Positions 15,790 to 26,801 of a DNA stretch of 53,315 bases are shown here, piece by piece. Position numbers and translations under genes: made by a program. The DNA lies in contig CBDAFS010000045.1 of NCBI GenBank assembly GCA_965195285.1, positions 1 to 53,315 of the forward strand. Direction: 5' to 3'. Below the pieces are notes generated by a model. The model was not told where the DNA came from. It saw only the letters and a program-made list of their open reading frames with translations, and ran no database searches. Within the stretch, counting starts at the first letter, position 1. Every line of letters starts with the position of its first letter. This stretch comes from an uncultured Aminicenantes bacterium. GTDB taxonomy: Bacteria > Acidobacteriota > Aminicenantia > UBA2199.

Positions 15790-17724
15790 ATGGCTGAAGA
15801 CAATCAAGGTTCGATGGGAAAATGGGTTAAGCAGGGCATCAAAAAAATCATTTCCTTGACGCTGGGGGATTCGGATTTCAGCTCCTCCAGACACCAGAAG
15901 GGTGAATTGTTCTTCAATGAAGAGTTCATGCAGGTGATTGAAATAGACTTTGATGAACAAAACCTGCCCCGGCCCAAGGTCTTCAAATTGAATCTGGTGG
16001 TCTCCAGTTTTTTCAAACGGATTAAGAAGAATCTCAGATCCATAAATTCAATTTACCTGGTATATTCGGATGCCCTGGTCATGCAATTTGAAAGTTTCAG
16101 CCATGAATGGAAAGACAGATTTAGAAAAATACTCAATGAAGAGTACCAGCTGGAGCTGGAACATATTCATTATGTTCGGGAATCCGATATCCTGGCTATC
16201 TTCAATAGCCGGGGTGTACGGGATCAATTGGGAGAACCAAACAGGTATTTCAAGGATCCCTATCACTTAAATCCCCATGAATTCCTGATAATTTCCGGCG
16301 GATTCATTAATTTCAAGTATGATCAACCACCGCTGTTCCGAGAAATAAAGGGGATTTCCACCAATTACAAATCCAAACAAACCATCGCCGATATCGAAGT
16401 CGAATTTTTCAGATTGGAAAAGGGTATTCAGGGTGAAAAAATTCTGATTACCGGAGATTACCCGGTCAAGTATCATCAAAATGCAGGTGCTTATTTTTAT
16501 GTGGGAGGTGATTGGTATCACAACCTGTTCATTCCGGATATTTTCAGCCTGGAGAAATCCCGATATATCTGTTTCCGGATCGATGATGAGGGAAAATATA
16601 TTCGGTTCTTTCCGGATGCCGAAAACCGCCATATCCCGGTATGTGTCAGGAAACCCGAAAAGGAATATGGGCCCGGTTTTGTCAAGCTGAGCTATCGAAT
16701 AAACCCTGAATATTTGGATAGACCGGATATCATGGATTTCAAGATATCGATTTGCTATGAATCGGACGAAGCATACAACCATACGGAAATCATTGAGAAA
16801 GCGGTCGAAGATTCCGAGACTACACTGGAAACCCTTAGCTGGGAAAAAATAAGCCAGGAAATGAAGTCGCTCAACCAAAAGGATAATCAAACAGGCATAG
16901 ATCATGATATATTGCCTTATTTCAGAAGTGAAATGATATTGCTCCCCCGACCGGGTAACCGGGATGATGATATAACCGATTATGTGATGCGGTTGGACAC
17001 CCGTGCAAACGCCCTTCAATTCAAGGCCTCAGGTCCGGATAACGAGATTTCAATTTTTTTATCCGGGGAAAAGAATCAAATTTACAAAAAGAAAATAGGG
17101 GATAGCATTCATTTTTCCACGATTCTGGACGGCCATCAATACGCCTTCTCCAATGATATGATATCCAGAATCCAGGATGATGAAATAAAGCTTTATTTTT
17201 TTTGCATGCTGGATAGCACACTGAAGGAAAAAATATATTTAAAATCCGATTACTATGTGATCGGCAGGGATCCGGCATACTGCTCTCCGGAAAATACCAT
17301 TGAACTCAATAAAACCCGGGATGCTTTCTGGAGAATCGGATCATCCAGAAATCATGCTTTTTTAAAAAAGAGCAGGAACAGTTATGACCTCTATAATATT
17401 TCATCGTCCAATTTCATCTATATTTTGAAACCGGAAGATCTGAAGAAAAAGAAAATCTTTCCCCTGAAACTAAAACCGATAATCGATAACCGTAATATGG
17501 CCAGGCTGAAATCTTTCCTGGACCGGATCCGGACAACCTGCGAAGAGAAGGAATTGAAGGAACTCGATCGGTTTACACGTCCCCACACCCTGAAAAACAA
17601 TGACCTGGTATTTATCGGTAATCGGGTATTTCTGTTTGTGATTCCTCTGGTTATCGAATCTCAGTTAAAGGGGGATATCCAGGGATTCCTGAAAACCGTG
17701 CAATTGAAAAAGAATATTAAATAA
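15790..17724 (+). CDS. Large soluble protein with C-terminal FHA domain
   Basis: VIGRD...SRNHA...N.SS.N...LKNNDLVFIG. Confidence 0.7.
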   Translation: MAEDNQGSMGKWVKQGIKKIISLTLGDSDFSSSRHQKGELFFNEEFMQVIEIDFDEQNLPRPKVFKLNLVVSSFFKRIKKNLRSINSIYLVYSDALVMQFESFSHEWKDRFRKILNEEYQLELEHIHYVRESDILAIFNSRGVRDQLGEPNRYFKDPYHLNPHEFLIISGGFINFKYDQPPLFREIKGISTNYKSKQTIADIEVEFFRLEKGIQGEKILITGDYPVKYHQNAGAYFYVGGDWYHNLFIPDIFSLEKSRYICFRIDDEGKYIRFFPDAENRHIPVCVRKPEKEYGPGFVKLSYRINPEYLDRPDIMDFKISICYESDEAYNHTEIIEKAVEDSETTLETLSWEKISQEMKSLNQKDNQTGIDHDILPYFRSEMILLPRPGNRDDDITDYVMRLDTRANALQFKASGPDNEISIFLSGEKNQIYKKKIGDSIHFSTILDGHQYAFSNDMISRIQDDEIKLYFFCMLDSTLKEKIYLKSDYYVIGRDPAYCSPENTIELNKTRDAFWRIGSSRNHAFLKKSRNSYDLYNISSSNFIYILKPEDLKKKKIFPLKLKPIIDNRNMARLKSFLDRIRTTCEEKELKELDRFTRPHTLKNNDLVFIGNRVFLFVIPLVIESQLKGDIQGFLKTVQLKKNIK

Positions 17725-17754
17725 AAATCAATTACTATTAACTGAAGCCTGTTC

Positions 17755-20700
17755 ATGAAAACCATACTTTATATTATTCTTTATGTCTCATGGACGCTCT
17801 GGCTTTTCTTTTCCTTCAGGATCATTATCAAAATGAAGGTTGAGCCGAGACTGAATTCATTATGGGCCATGCTGTTTTCCACTCTGGCCATATTTACCAT
17901 GTTTTTTTTATTATGTTATGACTATCAGTCCGATACTTTTTATTTCACCCAAAAATATATATACCCGGTCGATCAGTCCAAATCCCAGGTGATTATCGGA
18001 AACCAGAAGGATGCTTCTGACCTGACCATAGAAAATCCTTATGCTGATGCCGCTCATGTCAAGCTAAAACTGAAAGACCAATGGTTTTTGGTGGAAAACA
18101 TCAGTGATTCCAAAAATGTCGACATCAATGGACGGTATTTGAATAAGATGGTGGTTCGGCCCGGGGATAAAATTGAGATCCAAGGAAAGGATAGTATCGA
18201 AGTGTTGGGCCTGAACCGTCAGTATCCCCTTGGAAGGTCTATCAAATTCCGCATAACCACCAACCGGGATTCAATAGGAAAAATCATTACCATATCCACT
18301 TTTCTGAACAAAAACGTGTATATCCGTTACGGCCCGGTTGAGAAAATAACCGCAGGGTTCAATACCCTGATACTTCCGTCCCGGGAATCCCGGGCCATTG
18401 CCAGCTTGGCCTATGAGTCAAAGAATTCTCTTTTGGGGCTGAATATTTATTATTTTATTGTTTTCCTGATCATATCGCTCTTATCTGTGGCTATTTATCT
18501 TTATCTGAAAAATCATTTCAATGGGGCAGTCTTCCTGCTGCTGATTGGGTCACTTCCCTTCCTATCCGGATATATTTCAAATGCAAAACAGATCCTGGTT
18601 ATTCTGGGCTTTCTCCCCCTGATTCTGATCACTCAAATCAGACGCAAAACCAAATGGAAAATGGGTTCGGTTTTGATTCTGATTTCATTTGTCATTATTT
18701 TTTTCCTTCCCGGACTCATCAATATGCAGGGTGATTTCACCATCATTCCGGCCGGCGGCCAAGACAATTTCTCCATGCGATTTTCCACCCGGAGCAACAG
18801 CTTTTTCTTATCGGAAATTCAAAGGACCCTGAGTTATGACCGGGAACACCAAATCATATTGGGATATACACCGTATAAATTAAAAGTCAATAAAAAGAAA
18901 ATTGTTCTGTCTCCCCTGAATCCGGAAAGAATCCGGGTCGCTGATCAATTCAGCGGCATTATCAGCAATCTGAATGATGTGATCCCGGGAAGAAGTTATA
19001 TTCACCTGAAATACCCCCATCAATTTGAATTCATTTCACCGCAGTCCATTGCCGGAAAGGACCGGTTCACCGTTGCCAACCAAGCTGGAAATGCGGTGGT
19101 AATGTCAAGGACCGAAAAGGAGCATTATACATTATTCTCCAATGGGCTGCTGCTCTTAACCGGTGCATTCTGGTTGTTCTGGTTTATCAATTTATTCGGC
19201 GTAACCGGGAAAAAATTTAAAATCTTCAATCTGAACCTGGTCAGGGGATCAAATTTTTTTATATTCAATTTTGTCTATTTCATGCTCAGTCTGGGTTATA
19301 TCATGTTCGGCAGTCTGGCCCTTTACAACAATTATTTTTTAAAGAACTTCGAAAAATACAGAACCAAAGGGCTTTTCTTGTTTGTCATGGCTTTTTTTTT
19401 CCTGCTGATTTTCAGTAAATACAACAAGATTTGGATACTGCTTTTCCGGATTCTGAAACAGACCAAATTTCAAATCCCGCTGGCTGTGGGATTATTGCTT
19501 ATGCTGCCCGGTCTTTACTCTAGGTTTTTTTTAATATTGGCAGCCGGATATATTGTTTTCGTTTTTTTTATCAAGCTACGTAAGGATTTAATCTATGAAA
19601 TTCAAAATCTCTATCATCAACCCCTGGGATTGAGAAATGTCAATGAAAAAGTCATTTCAGACCTGAATAAAAACGAAAATCAGAGACTGTTTTTCAGCCT
19701 GGGAAAAGTACTCTACCATCAGGGCTGGAATTACATAATTGTCTCCGACCTGTTGCTTTTGCTCTCTCTTTTTTTCATTGTACTTCAGGTATTTTTAGGT
19801 GGAGAGCTTGGGGTTTCGGTGGCGGGCTTTTTCTTTCTTCCCATTGAAATCGGAAAGATATTGTTGACCATTTACTTTGCCGATTGGGTGAGCCGGATCG
19901 ACCGGGGCATGCACCTGGGAGTCCTATGGATATACGGACTTGTGCTGGTACCCTTTTTGTTGTTAATTGTGTTTTTAAAGGATTTTTCCCCTCTGCTGGT
20001 CTTTTCCTTTGTGTTTCTTTATCACATCATCAAGATTAAAAAATCCTTCTTGTTTAAGATCATATTGCTTCTTATAATTGTATCAACTCTAGCCATTTCA
20101 ATCGCTTCTATCGGAGAATACACTTTTCCGTTCAAAACCAGGCCTTACAATTTGATTCTTACTCTGGCCCTGTTATTGATGATAGGGGTGATGTTGCTGA
20201 GGATATGGATGGGAAAATATGCTAAAACCTTCAAGCTGATCAGTAAGTTCATCTTTTCCGCCCTGCTGATATTGGCACTACTTTCAGTCCTGGGAGCGGT
20301 CTGGCATTCCAATATGTCCGTCCCCCGGGTTCTGGGAGACCGCATCGACTCCTGGCTGAATCCCTGGCAGGACTATAACCTGTCTTATCAGTTCATTAAC
20401 TCGCTGTGGCTGATGAAGGGAGCCGGTTTGCTGGGCAATCCGACCCAGGTTATGGAGCAGGCCGTTCATGTCCCCCTTATCGAACAGGACTTGAGCTTCA
20501 GCCTGTATATCGGCGTTTTTGGCCTGGCCGGTATTGTTTTCATTTTTGCCACCCTGGTAATGCTGGTTTTTTTGATTCACCGGCTGGTCACCCGGTTCAG
20601 GGATGGACCTTTTCGATGGGAGGTTTATGTAATCGAATTCCTGACGGTTATTTTTTGCGCCCAGTTTCTCTTTCCGGCCCTGTATGTGGTCGGTTTACTG

Positions 20701-20817
20701 CCCATCATGAGCCAGCCGTTGCCATTTCTTTCCTATTCCAATAACATGTTGCTCCTCTTTTCCCTGCCCTTTTCTCTGTTGATCATGGTATTAATCAATA
20801 ATCTGGAAAGGTCATGA
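17755..20817 (+). CDS. FtsW/RodA (SEDS) family protein with N-terminal FHA-like domain
   Basis: PIEIGKI, KDFSP, R..SWLNPW, YQ..NSL, VP..EQD, G.LP...QPLPFLSY; FHA-like ING...PGDKIEI. Confidence 0.85.
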   Translation: MKTILYIILYVSWTLWLFFSFRIIIKMKVEPRLNSLWAMLFSTLAIFTMFFLLCYDYQSDTFYFTQKYIYPVDQSKSQVIIGNQKDASDLTIENPYADAAHVKLKLKDQWFLVENISDSKNVDINGRYLNKMVVRPGDKIEIQGKDSIEVLGLNRQYPLGRSIKFRITTNRDSIGKIITISTFLNKNVYIRYGPVEKITAGFNTLILPSRESRAIASLAYESKNSLLGLNIYYFIVFLIISLLSVAIYLYLKNHFNGAVFLLLIGSLPFLSGYISNAKQILVILGFLPLILITQIRRKTKWKMGSVLILISFVIIFFLPGLINMQGDFTIIPAGGQDNFSMRFSTRSNSFFLSEIQRTLSYDREHQIILGYTPYKLKVNKKKIVLSPLNPERIRVADQFSGIISNLNDVIPGRSYIHLKYPHQFEFISPQSIAGKDRFTVANQAGNAVVMSRTEKEHYTLFSNGLLLLTGAFWLFWFINLFGVTGKKFKIFNLNLVRGSNFFIFNFVYFMLSLGYIMFGSLALYNNYFLKNFEKYRTKGLFLFVMAFFFLLIFSKYNKIWILLFRILKQTKFQIPLAVGLLLMLPGLYSRFFLILAAGYIVFVFFIKLRKDLIYEIQNLYHQPLGLRNVNEKVISDLNKNENQRLFFSLGKVLYHQGWNYIIVSDLLLLLSLFFIVLQVFLGGELGVSVAGFFFLPIEIGKILLTIYFADWVSRIDRGMHLGVLWIYGLVLVPFLLLIVFLKDFSPLLVFSFVFLYHIIKIKKSFLFKIILLLIIVSTLAISIASIGEYTFPFKTRPYNLILTLALLLMIGVMLLRIWMGKYAKTFKLISKFIFSALLILALLSVLGAVWHSNMSVPRVLGDRIDSWLNPWQDYNLSYQFINSLWLMKGAGLLGNPTQVMEQAVHVPLIEQDLSFSLYIGVFGLAGIVFIFATLVMLVFLIHRLVTRFRDGPFRWEVYVIEFLTVIFCAQFLFPALYVVGLLPIMSQPLPFLSYSNNMLLLFSLPFSLLIMVLINNLERS

Positions 20818-23800
20818 AAAAAAGTTTTTTTATTTTTATTCTGGTTCTTCTATTGATGATTACTTTAATACTGCTGAGGATCCAATCCATTTCCTTTCCC
20901 AAAGAGGTAGGGGATGAAACCGAGATTATCTATCTGGAGGAATTTCAGGATGACGACCGTATCTTAAAAATATTTTCAAAGAATGATCATTTTTATATTA
21001 AACCCTTTATCTATGAGATAAAACTGAATGGCCAGAATATCAACACCGAAATGGAAATCTGTCACGACGATATCATTTCTGCCAGAACCAAACAATTTCG
21101 CTTTGAAATTCAACCAAAAGTCCGATCCTATAAAAAAATCTTTCAGCGGCCACTCAGGGAAATCCTGCCGCTTCCCGGTAATGAGAAATATATCGGGGGC
21201 TGGATGTCTCCCACCAAAAGACGGATTTTGTCTTCTGAAAGGGATAAGCAACTGTTGAAGAAACTGATCATAGAACTAGAACCGGAACTTTTGCAGAAAA
21301 TAATTCCGGAAAGAAGCAAATTTGGTGGGCGCCTGATTCACCTCAGGCGTAATAAGACCGGCGCTGGCATTCAGGTCAAATCCGAAGCGGTCACTATGAT
21401 ACGAATTCAAAATATCAACTCCCAATCAATCGAAAAAAACCGATGGATCAGCTTGAAATCAGGTGATATCTTTAAATTCCGCAAACATGACGACGGTACC
21501 ACACTGCAAATAAAATTCGATTTTAACCGGGTGAAATCCAGAATGTTCAGGGGCTCCCGGGGCCAGGAAAAACTGGTCTCTGCCGATATCATCTATCTCA
21601 TCGTTTCCTACCTGAAAAAGAACCAAACCGTTTCACCGACACCGCCTATCACCGCCTCTCTGAAGTCATTGAATGAGGGGAATCGTTACCGGATCCAAAA
21701 AAACAAAGACAATCTGTTCCTGGGGAAAAAAGGTCTTTTCCTGTTCAGTCTGAGACCAGACAAATTACTGAACCGCCAGTACATTCCCGATGCGGTTCAC
21801 GAAGGCGGTATCATGGACATCAAAGAAATGCTGGACCGTAAAATGCTGTACCGCAAGCAGAATAATTTCTACCCGGTCGATCCGGTCTTTCTGGATCAGA
21901 TCAGGGAAATTGTCATCCTGAAAAAATCCGATTTAAATGAATTCCTGAAGCAGCATCATATTGAATGGATGGATTTCCAAGACCAGAAGGAAATTGAACA
22001 TTACCTGGTTCAGGCTGAAACACGGATCCGAAAAATGAAAAAGAAGGGCAATTGGAATTGGTTTTGCCGGGAAATCAAGAAAATGAACAACCTTTATTTC
22101 CTGAAAGGACTTGGGATTAAAGTCAATGATGACATCAAATATCGGGTATTTTACCGGGTGGGAAATATTTCCTGGATTCCGGCGGAAACCTGGTTCCGGG
22201 ATATCCCCCAGGTATCCGGTATAGAAGATTATTATTGGGGTCCCTTGATAAAAGATTCCAAGGAGGTTGAATTCAGGATTGATTTCAACCGGCCTCCCGG
22301 CCGGGTCCGACTGCTTTCGGTGGCCGATTACCGCTTCAGACAGGAGGGAAGACCTTTTACCCGAAGAAGTTTTTTCGACGGGGTACAGGACATATCTCTC
22401 GGTCGAAATGGAAACAGGCTCTATGTAAAAATCTCAAATATTCTCGACTTCAACCAAAGCATCAGTATTGCCAGTCTCCAGCTGAAGGCTGATATTAAAA
22501 CCTCTACGTCAAATATATTGAGTATTTTCACCGATGAAACCTGGAGTTCATCCATTGATATGACCCACTGGATGGCGGTTCGTCTGAATCCCTATTTTAG
22601 TGCTTCGGATGATGCGGCTGCGGATATAAAATCTATCTGGTACAACGAGGATTGGAATCCCATTTTCAGGGGGGTCAAGCACCGCTTTTTTAAAAAAGAT
22701 TTCAGACTTGATTCCCGACCGCTTTCCTCCAGCTGGAGAATATTTACTTTAGGACAATATCTGCTCTGGATCAATAATCAACCGATTGTAAATCCGGAAG
22801 ATTTTACCCGGAATCTCCGACCGGGACTTAACACCCTGATGGTAATGATTTCCAAAAAAGGATATTTGAAAAAATATCTCCGAAGCAGGCTCTTCAAGAT
22901 AAAAAACAACCAAATCGTTTTGCAGCAAAAAATCCTGCGCAGATCCAGTTTTGTGCGGGGAAAAGGAAGCAAAAAACCCACTATTTTTGATACCCAAAAG
23001 CAAGTATTAGCCTACAGTGTGAAAATCAATGATAAATTTCACCGTTTTTACTCTCCGGTTGCCAGCTCCGAGCTGCAAGCCATTGTGGGAAGTGCCGAAT
23101 CCGGGTCCTGGGGCATCGAACAGGTTTTTTATAACCTTCATAAGCAAAAGGGAGTTAGTGAGATTCATCTGACCTTGAACTCCGAATGGCAGAAGATTGC
23201 TGTCCGCCACCTGTTCTCCCTTCTGGGGGATATCAAGAAAAGGGAATCCATGAACCCGGTTTATCTGAATTTGAAAGATCGTCTCATCCAAACCGAAAAC
23301 CAGCTGTCCCGGGCCCGTATCGAACTCATGACCCTGAAGAATGAATACTATCGGGCGATCACCATGAGAAATATCATCGATATGCAAAACCGGATTGAGT
23401 CCTTGAAAACCGAAATCAACAAAATCAAGAATTATTTCTACGAAGCATCCATGATAATCATGAATTCCAAGGGACAGATATTGGTTTCCGCCTGTTACCC
23501 CTATGATGAAAAGAGCATGCAAATGCTCAACGGCTCATTGTTGAAACCCTATCGTGCCTATGAAGTTCCGGAACTGAATCGAGCCTGGAAATGGAGATAC
23601 AATCCCGGTTCAACAGTCAAAGTGCTGGATTCAATTGCCTTTTTACATTCGCTTTCACAAAAGCATCAGGCCACCGGTGGTTATGAATTTTCCCATCTGA
23701 AACATTTACTGAATTCCACCAGTGATTTTTCTCATTTCCCCAGAAATGATCTGAAAGGCAGCCGGATGCTAAACGGGAAACAGGTCTTCTTTCAACTTCA

Positions 23801-24677
23801 GAATTTCAGAGGGCACAATATTCCCTATGGATTTTGCTCATTGAAAGATGCCCTGACCTATTCGTACAACACCTATTTTGCTTACCTGGCCCTGCATCAC
23901 AACCTCATGTTAACCCTTGACAGCGCCCTTTATAAAAAGAGTAGCTACTTTATTTCAAAATCCAACATACCTTTGGAGAAAACCTACCGTGACTATCCGG
24001 TACTTGAATTTGCCGAGAAACTCGGATTCAACAGAAGAATTGATCTGCTGGCCAACTTGAACCATACCGAAATTGGCCGGTTTTTAAACCGGAGCCCCTA
24101 TGATGCTTTTACCAGCATCGAATCGGTTTTTCCGGTGAATGCCTATACCCCTAGTGATATTGCCTATTTCTCCATCGGACAGAGTGACCTCCAGTTGACC
24201 ACTCTGCAGAACTCCCTGGTGGTGTCCACCATACTGAATAACGGATGTCTGTTCTACCCCTCGGTGATAAAATCAATCAACATGTATAATTCTGTGGATA
24301 AAAAAATGGAGTTGATTGAACCGGACCCTGAAAAAAGCAGGTCCAGGATATTCGACCCGGATATTGCCGAACAGATCAAACAGGCCATGAAAAATGTAGT
24401 TGATTCGGGTACGGCAGGTGGGGTGTTTTCGAGGAAATTGAAACAGGCCCGGTTATTTTATGCCAAGACCGGCACAGCTGAGACCAAATTTTACCGGGAT
24501 CATTCACTTTTTGTGGGATTTGTGATTTTCCGAAATGGAGAAAAAATCATTTTTTCAACCGTGGTTCCCCGATCCGGGACCGGTGCTGCGGTTGCCGGGC
24601 GCTTAACAGCCAGAATCATCCAAGACATCATTGAATTTGAAAATAAAAATCCGAATCGCCCGGTTAATCCGTACTGA
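20814..24677 (+). CDS. Very large class B-type penicillin-binding transpeptidase
   Basis: N-terminal TM; SxxK (PGSTVK), SxN (SYN), KTG (KTGTAE); 4-nt overlap with the SEDS gene. Confidence 0.85.
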   Translation: MKKSFFIFILVLLLMITLILLRIQSISFPKEVGDETEIIYLEEFQDDDRILKIFSKNDHFYIKPFIYEIKLNGQNINTEMEICHDDIISARTKQFRFEIQPKVRSYKKIFQRPLREILPLPGNEKYIGGWMSPTKRRILSSERDKQLLKKLIIELEPELLQKIIPERSKFGGRLIHLRRNKTGAGIQVKSEAVTMIRIQNINSQSIEKNRWISLKSGDIFKFRKHDDGTTLQIKFDFNRVKSRMFRGSRGQEKLVSADIIYLIVSYLKKNQTVSPTPPITASLKSLNEGNRYRIQKNKDNLFLGKKGLFLFSLRPDKLLNRQYIPDAVHEGGIMDIKEMLDRKMLYRKQNNFYPVDPVFLDQIREIVILKKSDLNEFLKQHHIEWMDFQDQKEIEHYLVQAETRIRKMKKKGNWNWFCREIKKMNNLYFLKGLGIKVNDDIKYRVFYRVGNISWIPAETWFRDIPQVSGIEDYYWGPLIKDSKEVEFRIDFNRPPGRVRLLSVADYRFRQEGRPFTRRSFFDGVQDISLGRNGNRLYVKISNILDFNQSISIASLQLKADIKTSTSNILSIFTDETWSSSIDMTHWMAVRLNPYFSASDDAAADIKSIWYNEDWNPIFRGVKHRFFKKDFRLDSRPLSSSWRIFTLGQYLLWINNQPIVNPEDFTRNLRPGLNTLMVMISKKGYLKKYLRSRLFKIKNNQIVLQQKILRRSSFVRGKGSKKPTIFDTQKQVLAYSVKINDKFHRFYSPVASSELQAIVGSAESGSWGIEQVFYNLHKQKGVSEIHLTLNSEWQKIAVRHLFSLLGDIKKRESMNPVYLNLKDRLIQTENQLSRARIELMTLKNEYYRAITMRNIIDMQNRIESLKTEINKIKNYFYEASMIIMNSKGQILVSACYPYDEKSMQMLNGSLLKPYRAYEVPELNRAWKWRYNPGSTVKVLDSIAFLHSLSQKHQATGGYEFSHLKHLLNSTSDFSHFPRNDLKGSRMLNGKQVFFQLQNFRGHNIPYGFCSLKDALTYSYNTYFAYLALHHNLMLTLDSALYKKSSYFISKSNIPLEKTYRDYPVLEFAEKLGFNRRIDLLANLNHTEIGRFLNRSPYDAFTSIESVFPVNAYTPSDIAYFSIGQSDLQLTTLQNSLVVSTILNNGCLFYPSVIKSINMYNSVDKKMELIEPDPEKSRSRIFDPDIAEQIKQAMKNVVDSGTAGGVFSRKLKQARLFYAKTGTAETKFYRDHSLFVGFVIFRNGEKIIFSTVVPRSGTGAAVAGRLTARIIQDIIEFENKNPNRPVNPY

Positions 24678-24723
24678 CTTTGACTATTTTTTGTTAATTT
24701 GATATTTTGAAAGCAGGTGAAAT

Positions 24724-24915
24724 ATGACAAAATTGTTATTATGGCTGTTGTTATTATTTTTATGCTGGCCTCTGGCTCTGTTAGCCATCATCCTTTACCC
24801 CTTTGTATGGTTGCTAATGTTGCCCTTTCGCTTATTAGGAATAACCGTTGATGCGGTTTTTGATCTGATCAAGGCCATCATTACCTTACCGGCCCGGGTT
24901 TTCAGAAAGATATAA
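24724..24915 (+). CDS. Small hydrophobic membrane protein
   Basis: AGGTG RBS; CWPLALL..ILYP.VWL..LPFRLLGI. Confidence 0.7.
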   Translation: MTKLLLWLLLLFLCWPLALLAIILYPFVWLLMLPFRLLGITVDAVFDLIKAIITLPARVFRKI

Positions 24916-24934
24916 GCGGGTAGGGGATTACCGG

Positions 24935-25819
24935 GTGAAAATGCTAAAGGTTATTCCCCTGCTATTAATAACCGCAGTCTGTCTCATGCCCCAGAAAAAT
25001 CCGTTAAACAAAATATTTTCCCAACTTCCGGATCACTTATCTCTTTGGGAAAAACCGTCAACCTTTGAGATCTACGGACCGGAAAACCTGTTTGACTATA
25101 TAAACGGCGGCGCCGAGCTCTATCTCTCCTATGGCTTCAAACAGCTTCTGTCCTGCACATACACAGGACAAGACCAGCCGGATATCACCATTGATCTGTT
25201 TGATATGGGTAACTCACATCAAGCTTTCGGTGTTTTTTCCCACAGCCGGGAGACTATTGATGATTCCATTGGACAGGGTTGTGAATACGGAGGAGGGTTG
25301 TTAATTTTCTGGAAGGGGCAATTTTACATTTCCATTCTGGCTTATCCTGAAACCGAAGTGGCCCGTCAGGCGATCTTGCATATCGGCCGGGAAATTGCAG
25401 GCACCATAGGGGAGAAAGGTCAGCTGCCCTCTATCCTGAAATTGCTGCCTGCGGAAGATCTGGTCAGGGAATCCATTCGCTATTTCAATCATTACATCTG
25501 GCTGAACAGTCATTATTTTATATCCAATGACAACATTTTGCACATTGACCGGCATACGGAAGCGGTTCTGGCCCAGTACAAAAAAGGATTCGGAAAATAT
25601 TTTATGCTCCTGGTGGAATATCCGGAGCTCGAAAAGGCACAGAAAGCCTATTCGGACTTCAGGAAGTATTATCTGAAAGGTTCAACCAGTGGTATCGAAA
25701 ATATCCAGGACAACCGCTGGGCCGGATGTCAAATCCAAAGTAAACAGCTGTGGCTGGTATTTAATGCTGGCAGTAAAAAAGAGATTGATGATATTTTTGC
25801 CCGTTTATTGGTGGAATAA
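24935..25819 (+). CDS. DUF6599-like exported protein
   Basis: LFDYINGGAELYLSYGF, DLFDMG....AFGVFS. Confidence 0.75.
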   Translation: MKMLKVIPLLLITAVCLMPQKNPLNKIFSQLPDHLSLWEKPSTFEIYGPENLFDYINGGAELYLSYGFKQLLSCTYTGQDQPDITIDLFDMGNSHQAFGVFSHSRETIDDSIGQGCEYGGGLLIFWKGQFYISILAYPETEVARQAILHIGREIAGTIGEKGQLPSILKLLPAEDLVRESIRYFNHYIWLNSHYFISNDNILHIDRHTEAVLAQYKKGFGKYFMLLVEYPELEKAQKAYSDFRKYYLKGSTSGIENIQDNRWAGCQIQSKQLWLVFNAGSKKEIDDIFARLLVE

Positions 25820-25858
25820 ACAAGACAATCACATTATCTATAATACCAGGAGATCACC

Positions 25859-26764
25859 ATGAAAAAGAAAACCGGTATTTCCAGAAGGGAATTCTTGAAA
25901 AGCGCTTCCATGGCCGCAGTGGGAAGCACCTTTTTTATAGCTTCAGGCGGGAAGGAAAACTTGACTGAAGAATCGGTCCGGCATAGAGCAACCGTTGTAC
26001 TGGTCAGGGATCCGGCCGTACTGGACAGTTCGGGCCAGCCCGTATTCGAAGTTGTGCTTCGTATGTTGGATCAAGGAATCACCACGCTCATGGGGGAAAA
26101 AAATCCGGTTGAATGCTGGAAAAAAATACTAAAAAAAGATGATATTGTGGGCATCAAGAGCAATATCTGGCGTTTCATTCCCACCACTGCCCAGGTGGAA
26201 AATGCCATTAAAAAAAGGATCATGAATGCCGGAATTCCGGAAAACCGAATCGGAGTAGGGGACCGGGGAATCCTGAGGCAGGAAATCTTTAAATATTCCA
26301 CGGCCCTGATCAATGCCCGGCCTATGCGATCCCACCACTGGTCCGGGGTGGGAAGCCTGATAAAAAACTATATTATGTTCGTGCCCCGTCCTCAGGAGTA
26401 TCACCCGGATTCCTGCGCGGATCTGGCCACCATATGGAAACTCCCGATTGTAAAGGACAAAACCCGCTTGAATATCCTGGTCATGTTCACCCCCCAGTTT
26501 CACGGTGTTGGACCCCATAATTTCAATCCCAGATATATCTGGAAATACCATGGAATGATTATCGGTTTTGATCCGGTGGCAGTGGATTCAACCGGTGTCC
26601 GCATACTTCAGGCCAAGCGAAAGGATTATTTCGGAGAGATGCGTCCACTGAATCCGCCTCCCAAACATGTTTTCCTGGCTGATTCCCGTCATCATCTGGG
26701 AACTGCGGACCCGAATAAAATAAAGTTGATTAAATTGGGGTATCAGGAAGATATTCTGATATAA
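25859..26764 (+). CDS. Tat-exported DUF362-domain protein
   Basis: SRREFLK twin-arginine signal; V.IK.N, KN, DPVAVD. Confidence 0.8.
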   Translation: MKKKTGISRREFLKSASMAAVGSTFFIASGGKENLTEESVRHRATVVLVRDPAVLDSSGQPVFEVVLRMLDQGITTLMGEKNPVECWKKILKKDDIVGIKSNIWRFIPTTAQVENAIKKRIMNAGIPENRIGVGDRGILRQEIFKYSTALINARPMRSHHWSGVGSLIKNYIMFVPRPQEYHPDSCADLATIWKLPIVKDKTRLNILVMFTPQFHGVGPHNFNPRYIWKYHGMIIGFDPVAVDSTGVRILQAKRKDYFGEMRPLNPPPKHVFLADSRHHLGTADPNKIKLIKLGYQEDILI

Positions 26765-26801
26765 ATAGTATGATTGCATGGATGCATGATTGCATGGGTG
26801 A

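Noticed and set aside
16267-17019. 250-aa antisense ORF and other short nested ORFs across 15.7-38.6 kb
   Set aside because: Overlap well-supported genes on the opposite strand or in another frame, with no independent signals
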